From contig CAVUSO010000001.1 in the NCBI GenBank assembly GCA_963744145.1, positions 3,200,001 through 3,264,000 on the forward strand: DNA of 64,000 nucleotides, given 5' to 3'. Below are positions 54,911 to 64,000 of the stretch, one piece after another. Positions within the stretch are counted from its first letter, which is position 1. Every line of letters starts with the position of its first letter. The notes beneath the pieces were generated by a model that was not told the origin of the DNA, did not search any database, and worked only from the letters and a program-made list of their open reading frames with translations. A program made the translations under genes and the position numbers. Source of the DNA: an uncultured cyanobacterium (lineage in GTDB: Bacteria > Cyanobacteriota > Cyanobacteriia > Cyanobacteriales > CAWUOF01).

Positions 54911-57100
54911 CCCACATTCCGCACGTCAATTTGTAATATACTTTGTAACATATTTATCTGAGCATTTATACTCATGAATGACCGAAATTTTCCGCTCACC
55001 ACAGCACTAATTGGTCGGAAATCATCCTAGAAATAATAAGTACTTATGCTGATTAAAGTGACAGATATTGCCTTACCAAGTGTTGCTTTTGGCATTGCTA
55101 GCTGGTCAGATTGATCCTTCATTATGTAAAACACAAGAATACAAAGATAAAAAGAAGAATTATTAAAAAAATCTGAAAGAGCAAGTAAAAAAGTCAATCA
55201 AGGTATTTTTTTGATGAAAATTAGTGAATATAGCCATCAAAAAGTCAAGGAAGAAAATTTATTTCTCCCCATAATGAAGTGCTTCATTATCTCAGCGATT
55301 TTGCCCAGAAAACTAGGGAATTATTGATAATATCTTTGACAAGAAGTGGGTAAAAATTCTAACATAAAATTACGTTCTTCGGTCAAGTTAATAATTCTTT
55401 CAACTCCATTTAGAATCACAAAATGAATTCCTTGAAAACATTGAAATATCCATCTTAATGTCGGTCGGCTTGTTAATTTACCGACTTGATTTTTTACTCC
55501 AGTCTGAGTTCTAAGTAAATTCTTTCTTAGTTCTCTTTGACCAAGATTATAAACTAATAAACACATAGACATTAAAAATAAAATTGTCTCAACTCTTTGT
55601 GGTTTTTTGACAAAAAAACTATCGGCAAAAAATAAGGGGTCTTTGAGAAAACCAAATCCCCGCTCACATCCCTGTTGATTTTTATAACTTCTGAGAATTT
55701 CTGGAGATTTAATTTTTTCTGGTTCCAGAACATTTGTCGCTAAAATAAATCGACCTGCTTCTGATTTTTTCGGGTCTATTTCTGATAGTTTTGGCACGAC
55801 TTTTCCAGCTATCTGCCAGCTTTTTAATGATTTATATCCAGTTATAATCACATTGATTTCCTGGAGCTCAAAAAATTTTAGTGATTGATTTATTTCCGTT
55901 AGTTTAGTTCGAGCTTGAGCGATACTTTCAAATTTTTCATTTTGGAGTTTTTTGAGAATTTTTTCGGCTTTCTGTTGTGATTGCTGGAGTTGTTTCTCGA
56001 ACTTTTCTCGATCACTTTTTTTTCTTTTTTCACTTTCTACTATTAACCATCTTTGCTCTATATCTCCGTAATTTACTGTTTTTTCTTGCCACTTATATCC
56101 TTTGGCTTGTAAACCTTTAATCAAGTCTTTTTCGGGTTGAGGTAATTTTTCTAAATTCTCATATTTTTCCGGTTCTATCTCTTTAACTTGGATTAAATTT
56201 TTGGCTTGGGAAATAGTGCTTGGGACTCTAGTTATCCAGTTAAAATCCTTCATTATTTTTAGATTTTCCTCACTATATAAAGCACTATCAGCTACCAAAA
56301 TACTGTCTAAATTTAGTTGATTTTTAAATGAGCTAAAAACCTGGCCAAAGACAGCCTTATCTGCTTCATTGCCATCGGCGATTCGGATAAATAATGGGAT
56401 ATCCCCATCGCTACTTACCACCAAGTCTAATATACATTGCTTCAAGTCTGAACGATGATCACGAGAATATCCTTTAGTTATAAATATCGGTCTTTCTTTG
56501 ATGATATCTTCATTTTCTTGGTTGACTTTTTCATAATTATATTCCCCATGTAAATGAAATGATGTCGCATCTAAATGGGCATACTTTGATTCAATTTTAA
56601 ACTTGTTTATAGTTACTAATACGATTTCTACAAATAGCCTAGTTAATCCGTATTTATAGAGTTTATCCATCACTCTACCAAGTTTATCGTCGTTTAAATA
56701 TTCACTTTTAATATTTGGTCCTAGCAATTTTTCTATCGCTTTATCTGCAAAGAATTGACTAAATAAATATAAGGGTTTTGATACCATCCCTAGTCCATTC
56801 AAGAGCATCGCTTTTACTACTTGACCATTATCGATATTTGAGCGGCTATCCATTCCTAATTTATCATTGATTATTTCGACTATTCCTATTTCATCAATTA
56901 TCCCTGCCACTATTCCTAAGTGGTCTAGATTTTTGATTTGTATTTCTGATGAAGTAATCATTTTTTTGAAGTTTTTAGATTTTGGCTGACTTTCTGATCA
57001 TCTCATTTTTTTGCCCTGTGGTTATTTAAGTAATTATACTCATTAATGCTCTTGGCCTTTATGTAACTTTTATACTACATTTTGAAGTGCGGAATATGGG
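54911..57100 (-). mobile_element. IS1634-family insertion sequence
   Basis: 19-bp terminal IRs CCCA(C/T)ATTCCGCAC(G/T)TCAA; 6-bp target duplication TTGCAA (54905-10, 57101-06). Confidence 0.93.
55321..56961 (-). CDS. IS1634-family DDE transposase
   Basis: LDHLGIVAG, LNDDKLGR, HLDATS, GYSRDHR.DLKQ, VADSALY, ERGF.FLK. Confidence 0.93.
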   Translation of the reverse strand: MITSSEIQIKNLDHLGIVAGIIDEIGIVEIINDKLGMDSRSNIDNGQVVKAMLLNGLGMVSKPLYLFSQFFADKAIEKLLGPNIKSEYLNDDKLGRVMDKLYKYGLTRLFVEIVLVTINKFKIESKYAHLDATSFHLHGEYNYEKVNQENEDIIKERPIFITKGYSRDHRSDLKQCILDLVVSSDGDIPLFIRIADGNEADKAVFGQVFSSFKNQLNLDSILVADSALYSEENLKIMKDFNWITRVPSTISQAKNLIQVKEIEPEKYENLEKLPQPEKDLIKGLQAKGYKWQEKTVNYGDIEQRWLIVESEKRKKSDREKFEKQLQQSQQKAEKILKKLQNEKFESIAQARTKLTEINQSLKFFELQEINVIITGYKSLKSWQIAGKVVPKLSEIDPKKSEAGRFILATNVLEPEKIKSPEILRSYKNQQGCERGFGFLKDPLFFADSFFVKKPQRVETILFLMSMCLLVYNLGQRELRKNLLRTQTGVKNQVGKLTSRPTLRWIFQCFQGIHFVILNGVERIINLTEERNFMLEFLPTSCQRYYQ

Positions 57101-57809
57101 TTGCAAAATATCCCAGGGTTAATTATTGAAAACAAACCTGATTTAGGCTGGACTGCAACATCAAATGAAAAGTTGCTTGAAGAACTAATCGAAAGGATGA
57201 TTGGTAAGTATATGGGGGCTAGTCCTAAAAAAGGAATTACCTATCGCTGGATTCCCAATCATCTTCAGGATGCTGGTGGTCGAATTGCACCACGTTCTTT
57301 TCTCAAGTTATTTGCATTAGCTGCACAAAGTCGAATCCAACAGCACTCTCTTGTTGAAGAAAACACTGTACTTTTGCTACCCTCTGACTTACAAGGGGCT
57401 TTAATGGAAACTTCAAATGATAGAATCAGGGAATTACAGGAAGAATATCCTTGGTTAGAATCTCTCAAGACGAGTTTAGATGGTCTGAACGCTCCCATGC
57501 AAAAAGAAATATTTTTTGATGCGGTAAAATCTACCCAATGGAGTTCTGAAAAACAACCACCTGTCACTACTCCTGAAGAAATTTTGAAATATTTACTTCA
57601 ACTTGGAATTGTAGAAAGTCGCTCTGATGGACGAATTAATATGCCTGAAATATATTTGTATGGATTTAATGTTAGCCGGAAAGGTGGGGTTAAACGCCCC
57701 CATTAGGATCAGACTGAAAATTAGGGAGCGCGATCGCCCATTTGTCAAACTGAGCGATCGCTTAAGAAGATTATTGGCAAATCGTTAAACAGCTAAACTA
57801 CAACGTTTA

Positions 57810-57965
57810 TTAAACAAAACGTCGCCCTACAAATATGTTGTAGATTAGCCCAATCAACGCTAAAATCAAAAGTACATGGATTAAGCTACCACCAACGTGA
57901 ATTGAAAATCCTAACAACCAGAGGAGTAAAAGCACACCAACAGCAGTCCAAATTAGATTTGACAT
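57810..57965 (-). CDS. Small membrane protein, lmo0937/DUF5670 family (missing from the ORF track)
   Basis: MSNLIWTAVGVLLLLWLLGFSIHVGGSLIHVLLILALIGLIYNIFVGRRFV; paralog at 59113-59268. Confidence 0.85.
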   Translation of the reverse strand: MSNLIWTAVGVLLLLWLLGFSIHVGGSLIHVLLILALIGLIYNIFVGRRFV

Positions 57966-58105
57966 ATTTTTTCTCTTTTATTCAGATGAAATTGATTGAA
58001 AACTCAGTCAGACTAAAGGATGATTATACTCACAAAAGTGAATATTTTGATATGGAGCAAAAATCATCCTTGACTCAAATTATTGAGACGTTATTTAATC
58101 GCTCT

Positions 58106-58600
58106 TTAATTAAAGATATCTCGAACCTTATCTTTGATATCTTCTACGAAATTGCGAGTTCCGCTTTCAACTTGTTTAGCTTTGCCAACAACTTGATCTT
58201 TGCGGTTACCAGTAGCCTCACCGCTTGCTTCTTGAAATTTGCCTTCAAGGTTTTTTGTTACTGCTTTTGCTCTTCCTGTTAACTGGATGCTATCTTTAAT
58301 ATCTTCTGTTGCATTAATAGCCTGACTTTGGACTTGCTTGGCTTGTCCCATTAGCTGATCTTTGGGATCACCGGTGATGTCGCCGATCGCTTCTTGAACT
58401 TTGCCTTCAATATTCTTGGTAATTGCTACGATTTTATTATTCATTGTTGCCAATTGAGTCTGTGGTTGACTGATGAGTTCTGTGAGTGAATCAGCAGCCC
58501 AACTATTTGCATAGCCAAAACCAAAAGCTATTATAGTTCCAAGCACTACAGCTAAACTCATGGTGAAAAAAAAGCGCCGAAACTGTTGAATTAAACTCAT
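58106..58600 (-). CDS. CsbD-family protein with signal/TM segment and two CsbD repeats
   Basis: KNIEGKVQEAIGDITGD and KNLEGKFQEASGEATGN repeats; ATG at 58600. Confidence 0.88.
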   Translation of the reverse strand: MSLIQQFRRFFFTMSLAVVLGTIIAFGFGYANSWAADSLTELISQPQTQLATMNNKIVAITKNIEGKVQEAIGDITGDPKDQLMGQAKQVQSQAINATEDIKDSIQLTGRAKAVTKNLEGKFQEASGEATGNRKDQVVGKAKQVESGTRNFVEDIKDKVRDIFN

Positions 58601-58697
58601 CCTTAACTCCAAAAAATAATTTGATAGATCAATCAGATATGGATGATCAACTACTAGGGTCTAATCCCTCTTGAGAAAAACATTTTTAAGTACCTTA

Positions 58698-58725
58698 CGG
58701 TGTATTCTTATCGAAGAATACACCG
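58698..58725. terminator. Stem-loop
   Basis: CGGTGTATTCTT-ATCG-AAGAATACACCG. Confidence 0.6.
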
Positions 58726-58800
58726 CTTTGTACTCAGGTTTTATTGATCTCAAAAGAAGCTATTCCTGGAAGAGTAGTTCATCAGAAAACAGGGTTTCAA

Positions 58801-58838
58801 TTATTTGTATGAATGGCGATCGCTATTCATACAAATAA
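58801..58838. terminator. HIP1-centred palindrome right after the csbD stop
   Basis: TTATTTGTATGAAT-G-GCGATCGC-T-ATTCATACAAATAA. Confidence 0.6.
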
Positions 58839-58842
58839 CCTA

Positions 58843-59025
58843 CTAGTCAATAGTTTTTTTGACTTCATCTTTCACATCTTCGACAGCGTGGCTAACTTTT
58901 GCCTCTGCTTGTTTTTCCTTGCCCTCTATCTGATCTTGAGGATCACCAGTCACATTACCTACTGTTTCTTGAGCTTTACCTTCGATATTTTTGGCGGTTG
59001 CCTTAGCTTTATTTTGTAAACTCAT
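58843..59025 (-). CDS. CsbD-family stress protein
   Basis: KNIEGKAQETVGNVTGD...EGK.KQ; 60 aa. Confidence 0.92.
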   Translation of the reverse strand: MSLQNKAKATAKNIEGKAQETVGNVTGDPQDQIEGKEKQAEAKVSHAVEDVKDEVKKTID

Positions 59026-59112
59026 GATATGTTCCTTGTTGAATTTGTTGAATTTGTTGAATTTGAGAACTGCTTACTTGAGCTAACGAATCTGCTGCTG
59101 ATATTAGAGATA

Positions 59113-59268
59113 TCAGAGGACACGTCGCCTGATAAATAAGTTGTAAACAATGCCAATCAGGACCAAAATTAAAAGGAGGTGGATTAAGCTACCACCAAGG
59201 TGAATTGAGAATCCTAATGCCCAGAGAAAGAGAAGCACAATGACAGCAGTCCAAACCAGATCAAACAT
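59113..59268 (-). CDS. Small membrane protein, lmo0937/DUF5670 family (missing from the ORF track)
   Basis: MFDLVWTAVIVLLFLWALGFSIHLGGSLIHLLLILVLIGIVYNLFIRRRVL; AAGGA RBS. Confidence 0.85.
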   Translation of the reverse strand: MFDLVWTAVIVLLFLWALGFSIHLGGSLIHLLLILVLIGIVYNLFIRRRVL

Positions 59269-59399
59269 ATTTTCCTTTTTGATTCAGATCCAATTGATGA
59301 AACTTTGTCACCAAAGAAGCTATTCCTTGAGCAAAAGTTTCTACGAAAGTAGGGTTACAACTATTGGTCTAAATAGTGATCGCCGCAACAAATAACCTA

Positions 59400-59582
59400 C
59401 TAGTCAATATTTTTTTTGACTTCCTCTTTCATATCTTCAATAGTATGATGAACTTTTGCCTGTGCCTGTTTTTGCTTGCCCTCTATCTGATCCTTAGGAT
59501 CACCAGTTAGATCACCTATTGCTTCTTGAACTTTACCCTCGATATTTTTGGCGGTGGCTTTAGCTCTATCTTGTAAACTCAT
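59400..59582 (-). CDS. CsbD-family stress protein
   Basis: MSLQDRAKATAKNIEGKVQEAIGDLTGD; AAGGAG RBS; paralog of 58843-59025. Confidence 0.92.
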   Translation of the reverse strand: MSLQDRAKATAKNIEGKVQEAIGDLTGDPKDQIEGKQKQAQAKVHHTIEDMKEEVKKNID

Positions 59583-59904
59583 GATGCGCTCCTTATGGAA
59601 TTTATTAAACCTGCTAATAAGGTTTAGTATGACATCCTGTTGGTAAAAATTATGTTTAATCAAGGGTTTAATTTATGTATAATTTGTATAGGTTGTACTG
59701 AATAGATTTAATTCGTTACAAAAACTGACATTTGATCATCTAAAAATAGAACTATATGGGACGGTAAACCTGGTTATTTTTGATATTAATAAGGTGATAA
59801 AACATGGAGAAAAATTTATCATGATTAGCTGAATTTTTAGCTAGTAAATATTTGTTTAAATGACTTATAATATAAGTAGAAAATTTATGAGAGGACATCC
59901 ATCT

Positions 59905-60213
59905 ATGCCCTACACCGATCAAGAAAAGAAAACCCTCAATCTGGATAAACATCATCCTAGTGATGGCAGTGAGCTAATCCCCGCTGAAGTCCAATCCAAT
60001 TCCCATCCTGATGGCAGTAAATTGCCTGATGGCTCTCTCCCCCCTGGCTACACCATAGATGATGAGGGAATCGAAAATAACTATGCAATTGAGCCTGATA
60101 TGTCATTCACAAAGTATCCCTCGCCAAAACAGCAGCAGCGTTATATTTTCTTAGGAATAGGAGCGCTCTTTTTTGTTGCCCTGCTTGTGCTGATTGCATA
60201 TATTGCCAGCTAA
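59905..60213 (+). CDS. Psb34/Ssl1498-family protein with N-terminal extension
   Basis: GYTIDDEGIENNYAIEP...YPS..QQ.RY followed by one TM helix; GAGGA RBS. Confidence 0.75.
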   Translation: MPYTDQEKKTLNLDKHHPSDGSELIPAEVQSNSHPDGSKLPDGSLPPGYTIDDEGIENNYAIEPDMSFTKYPSPKQQQRYIFLGIGALFFVALLVLIAYIAS

Positions 60214-60435
60214 TCGTACCAATAGTAGATCGAAGGCAGTTTAGATATCTAGCTCTTGCCTTCGATTAACTGGGGGCATTGTAAGTGTTTTGCTCAAAAG
60301 TCTGCGATCGCAATACTCCCAGTACCGATCCCAGTCCTCTCTTTTAACTGAACACATAATTACAGCGACATTTTTAGTTTTTGGGTCAAATTTAATTTTA
60401 CGAGAGACTTCATATCCATTCATATGGGGCATCTC

Positions 60436-61892
60436 CAGGGTTAGCGCATCTAATTTTGTCACCGAGGATACAGAATATTTTCATCAAATATGAAATATAG
60501 CCATCGAGATCAGAACATCACAAATCTGGTAGAGAAAATAGTTGACAAAAGAGCATAGAGAGTGGTAGGTGAAAAACTATACCGTCCAACTCATAATCTC
60601 CAGGAATATTCAAATGTCTCAAGGGTTCGATATCAATATAGCTAATGCTAAACAAAACTCCCATTCTGCTAGGAAAAACCAAGTAGTAGCTGACTTGATG
60701 GAAATACAACAGAGTTTAGTCAAGCATTTTGAAGATGTTGAAGACCCGAGAGTAAACCGAACAAAAAAACACTTATTGATAGACATTTTAGTGATGGCAA
60801 TTCTGGCCATAATAGCTGGAGCACAAGGCTGGGAAGACATTGAGAATTATGGGATTAGTAAACAAATTTGGCTAGAAGAGTTTTTAGAATTACCCAATGG
60901 TATTCCCTCAGATGATACCTTTCGTCGAGTATTTGAAAGTATTAACCCCAACCAATTGGAGCAATGTTTTCAAGCTTGGGTAAACACCTTAGTTACTCAA
61001 ATGGGAGGAGAAGTAATTGCCATAGATGGGAAGACTGTCAGAGGTTCCTATGACCGAAATCAAGGACAATCAGCATTACATTTGATTAGTGCGTGGGCTA
61101 GTGAACAACGATTAGTTTTAGCACAAATGAAAGTCCAAGATAAATCCAATGAAATTACAGCTATTCCAGCATTACTAGAGTTACTTGATATCGCTGGCTC
61201 AATTATTACTATTGATGCGATGGGGACCCAAACCGAAATTGCTCAAAAGATTATTGATAAAAAAGCTGATTATATTCTGACACTTAAAGCCAATCATCCA
61301 ACTTTACATAATCAGGTACAACAATTCTTCCAAACTGCACAGAAAAATAATTTTTCAGGAATTGATTTCACTCATGACAAACGGATTGAGAAAGGGCATC
61401 ATCGGGTGGAAATTCGTGAAGTTTGGGTGCTCCCTATTACGGCCATTCCTGACCTTTACCAACCCAAATTATGGGCAGGTTTAAAAAGTATTGTCATCAT
61501 TCATCGTATCCGTCATCTTTGGAACAAAACTACTTGCGAGACTCAATACTATCTTACTTCTTTAGACAACAATGCTGAATTCATAGGTCGAGCTATTCGT
61601 CAACATTGGGAAATCGAAAATTCTGCACACTGGACTTTAGATTGTACTTTTTTTGAAGATAGCTGTCGCATTCGTTCTTTTCACAGTCCTCGTAACTTTT
61701 CTCTGCTCAGACGATTAGCTCTCAACGCTCTTAATCGCGAGTCAACTTACAAACGCAGTTTACGCCAGAAAAGTAAACGCGCTGCTATGGATAATAATTA
61801 TATGCTCCAAATCCTCCTTTCTTGTTTCTCTGAGTCTACATTAGATCCTTCTTAATCCTTGTGTCAAGCCTAATTGAGATGCTCTTACCCTG
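60436..61892 (+). mobile_element. ISAs1-family insertion sequence
   Basis: 16-bp terminal IRs CAGGGT(T/A)AG(C/A)GCATCT; 8-bp target duplication GGCATCTC (60428-35, 61893-900). Confidence 0.93.
60614..61855 (+). CDS. ISAs1-family transposase
   Basis: DPR, GIPSDDTF, AIDGK, KSNEITA, TIDAMG, HWEIEN..HW.LD; start 60614 or GTG 60569. Confidence 0.95.
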   Translation: MSQGFDINIANAKQNSHSARKNQVVADLMEIQQSLVKHFEDVEDPRVNRTKKHLLIDILVMAILAIIAGAQGWEDIENYGISKQIWLEEFLELPNGIPSDDTFRRVFESINPNQLEQCFQAWVNTLVTQMGGEVIAIDGKTVRGSYDRNQGQSALHLISAWASEQRLVLAQMKVQDKSNEITAIPALLELLDIAGSIITIDAMGTQTEIAQKIIDKKADYILTLKANHPTLHNQVQQFFQTAQKNNFSGIDFTHDKRIEKGHHRVEIREVWVLPITAIPDLYQPKLWAGLKSIVIIHRIRHLWNKTTCETQYYLTSLDNNAEFIGRAIRQHWEIENSAHWTLDCTFFEDSCRIRSFHSPRNFSLLRRLALNALNRESTYKRSLRQKSKRAAMDNNYMLQILLSCFSESTLDPS

Positions 61893-62337
61893 GGCATCTC
61901 AACATCCAGAACTATTAATTCTGGACATTGAGTTTTAATTTGCTCATAATTTTACCTTCTCCTTTGTCAGTCTTAGGGCAGCGTATTTTTATCTGGCTCT
62001 CAGCTTTTTTAAGAGCTTACCCTTTTTTGAGAACTTTTCTATCAGGAAGACTCGATTTTAAGTTGCTAAATCTAAATCTGAAAATGGCGATCGCACCTGA
62101 AGAATTCCCAAAAATTGCTGATGATGAGCAACAGTTTGGAGTAACGATCAAAAGGGATACAAATATTAATGACTTTGCTAATAAATGCGTTTTCATCTTT
62201 AAGTGATTTTAATCACACCCATTCAGGATCAGCGATCACAGAACACAGGTAAAAAAATCACTCCCTTAACAGATACAAATCATATTAATTCTTAGGTTTT
62301 GATTAGATGATAGAAGAGTAAAGTTCAGGTTAAAGAA

Positions 62338-62523
62338 ATGACTACTAATTGCATCGATACTCTAAACTACATCTTGCTTAACTCAAGCCATGAAAAGATT
62401 ATGACCTCAGCACAGTATGAGTTTGTGCTAAAGACTATCACATCCGACCTCAATCCTGAATTACAAACATTGTTGAAAAGGTTGCAACATAGAATTCGGC
62501 GTGGTTGGGTAACAGTTACATAG
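62338..62523 (+). CDS. Small hypothetical protein
   Basis: 61-aa ATG ORF; the RL..RIRRGW tail resembles small cyanobacterial proteins. Confidence 0.5.
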   Translation: MTTNCIDTLNYILLNSSHEKIMTSAQYEFVLKTITSDLNPELQTLLKRLQHRIRRGWVTVT

Positions 62524-62585
62524 TTGGAGCGATCACTTATCCCGGAAATATAGACTTAGTAGAGGGCAATCCTAAAGGTAACTTG

Positions 62586-62912
62586 ATGAAATTGTTGTTT
62601 ATTTGCAGTAAGAACCGATTACGAAGTCCAACCGCTGAAATTGTATTTGCTGAGTATGAAGGATTAGAAGTAGATTCAGCAGGATTAGATCCAGAAGCAG
62701 AAACACCTTTAAGTAGTGAAGCGATCCGGTGGGCTGATATTATTTTTGTGATGGAAAAGTCTCATCAGCGGAAACTCTCAAGAAATTTTCAGTCTTGGCT
62801 TAAACAAAAACGAGTGGTATGTCTGAATATACCTGATGATTATGAATACATGGAATCTGCTTTGGTGGAGTTGTTGAAGAAAAAGGTATTGCCTCTATTG
62901 GGGACTTTTTAA
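62586..62912 (+). CDS. Low-molecular-weight protein tyrosine phosphatase family protein
   Basis: LFICSKNRLRSPTAE P-loop, SAG, WADIIFVME, IPDDY. Confidence 0.9.
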   Translation: MKLLFICSKNRLRSPTAEIVFAEYEGLEVDSAGLDPEAETPLSSEAIRWADIIFVMEKSHQRKLSRNFQSWLKQKRVVCLNIPDDYEYMESALVELLKKKVLPLLGTF

Positions 62913-63006
62913 AGACTTATATTTCAATGTTCTAATTTTAGTGCTAAATTAGCTCGCCATATTCCCGAAAGTAGAAATAGTAAATATTTTTAGGCGATCG
63001 CTATAT

Positions 63007-63222
63007 TTAATTCGGCTTCTGCGGGTCACTATTTATTGATGAGTTAGCAAGGTCTGTCATAGTCTGTAATGCTTCATTTGGATTTCGAGAAACATTCATT
63101 TGTATACTATACAGCACATCATCTTGTACCCATTCAATTGCTGGAGGAGAGCAAGATCCACCACAGCTTAAAGATTTGTAATAGCCTGTAATGTTTTGAG
63201 ATAGTTGAACAGCTTGATCGAA
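63007..63222 (-). pseudogene. 3' fragment of a gene interrupted by the TnpB element
   Basis: 71 open codons without a start, beginning at the IS right end: FDQAVQLSQNITGYYKSLSCGGSCSPPAIEWVQDDVLYSI...LANSSI. Confidence 0.65.
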
Positions 63223-64000
63223 TTGATACTCTCAGGTCTAAAGACACTGAGATTCTTGAAGAGTCCAGATCCTGAACTTCAAAGGCGCGTACAAGACACC
63301 TCTACTGATTTCACTTAGGACTAGCCCAAGCTCCACCGCTACTTTTCTTAAAATGTTGGCTGCACCATTGCAATCGGCATTTATCTTAGTGCCTTTGGAA
63401 CTGAGATAGGAACCACGGCTAACTCTTTTTCCTGATGCTGTCCATCCTGCGGGTTTTTCACCGTAAGTTGGGATGGGATCAGCATCTAAAAAACTAGCCT
63501 TGCTGGTATAACTTTCTTCAGTTTCGGCAAACTTAATGCCAAACAACTCACAAAGTTCTTGAATTCTTGCTTTAAGCCTAGCCGTAGGGATTTGGACAAA
63601 GTTTTGATTGTTCTTTTTGCCTAACTCTATCCCATCTTTTTGACTTTTATTCCAACCAAAAACTAAAGTTCCTATCCCATTATTTAAACAATGGTTTATC
63701 ACTATCCGAGCCGCTTTGTTGATAGCGTCCCTCATTTGTCTATTACGTTTCTCCGTCATTGCAGCTAAACGATTAGACCAAAAACCTTCGGGTTTATTAG
63801 CTTTAAGTTTGGCGACCTGTTTGTTGTACCATTGATTGACTGACTTTAGGTGTTTGCCATCAATAATAAAACTTGTCCCTACATTACTAACGGCTGTCAA
63901 CCAGTTATTCAAACCGTGGTCTATCCCCAAACATTTAGCTGGGTCTAGGACAGGTTTTTCGACTAGAACTGGGTAGATAAACTCAGCATAAAAGCAACCG
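63223..64000 (-). mobile_element. IS200/IS605-family element (right part)
   Basis: Minus-strand right end GAAT-CTCAG...CTGAG-AGTA-TCAA ending at 63223, overlapping the tnpB 3' end. Confidence 0.88.
63238..64000 (-). CDS. tnpB: RNA-guided endonuclease TnpB (5' part outside the window)
   Basis: RuvC-I GIDHG, EESYTSKAS, RuvC-III NADCNGAANI; the frame stays open to the window end. Confidence 0.92.
   Translation of the reverse strand, partial: GCFYAEFIYPVLVEKPVLDPAKCLGIDHGLNNWLTAVSNVGTSFIIDGKHLKSVNQWYNKQVAKLKANKPEGFWSNRLAAMTEKRNRQMRDAINKAARIVINHCLNNGIGTLVFGWNKSQKDGIELGKKNNQNFVQIPTARLKARIQELCELFGIKFAETEESYTSKASFLDADPIPTYGEKPAGWTASGKRVSRGSYLSSKGTKINADCNGAANILRKVAVELGLVLSEISRGVLYAPLKFRIWTLQESQCL

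Larger units (their letters stand above)
53999..57706 (+). pseudogene. P-loop ATPase (Sll1717-like; 503 aa when rejoined) split by IS1634
   Basis: Walker A GGRGVGKT, Walker B VTYDELD, FLRTD; 53999-54910 joins 57107-57706 in frame (EYLQ|NIPG). Confidence 0.88.
60241..61947 (-). pseudogene. CheY/PilH-like response regulator split by ISAs1 and otherwise decayed
   Basis: Removing the IS gives ...CPELIVLDVEMPHMNGYEVSRKIKFDPKTKNVAVIMCS...WDRYW; the RBS and ATG at 61947 are out of frame with it. Confidence 0.8.

Noticed and set aside
57902..59019. Plus-strand ORFs 57902-58282 and 58813-59019
   Set aside because: Antisense shadows of the csbD and DUF5670 genes.
61928..62206. 92-aa plus ORF and 59-aa minus ORF (62017-62196)
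   Set aside because: No motif or convincing RBS; cannot be supported.
63238..64000. This TnpB as the cognate nuclease of the orphan omegaRNA at 52735
   Set aside because: Apart from the terminal hairpin architecture the two right-end sequences do not resemble each other; the partner is probably elsewhere.

Overview
Cyanobacterial chromosomal window (HIP1 octamer GCGATCGC is frequent; pgk, psaK, ado-aar-accA-folE, rbp-rpsU and a Psb34-like gene are present). The left half is dominated by cAMP and kinase signalling: a GAF-GAF-PAS adenylate cyclase followed by a catalytically degenerate cyclase copy, a bchE/chlE-type radical SAM cyclase fused to a receiver domain, tandem-duplicated giant Ser/Thr kinase-AAA-GAF-His kinases feeding a response regulator and a REC-PAS cyclase, and a 7TM-DISM hybrid kinase. 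The window starts in a frameshifted fatty acyl-AMP ligase. The middle (30-48 kb) is mostly housekeeping. The right end (52-64 kb) is an accessory, IS-riddled region: a 374-bp ORF-less IS200/IS605 derivative that keeps both ends and an apparent omegaRNA scaffold, a decayed two-ATPase operon (KGGVGR MinD/ParA-like plus a P-loop ATPase split by IS1634), a CsbD/small-membrane-protein stress cluster, an ISAs1-split response regulator, and a TnpB element interrupting another gene. No rRNA, tRNA or CRISPR array was seen. All calls are by motif recognition only; no searches were run.
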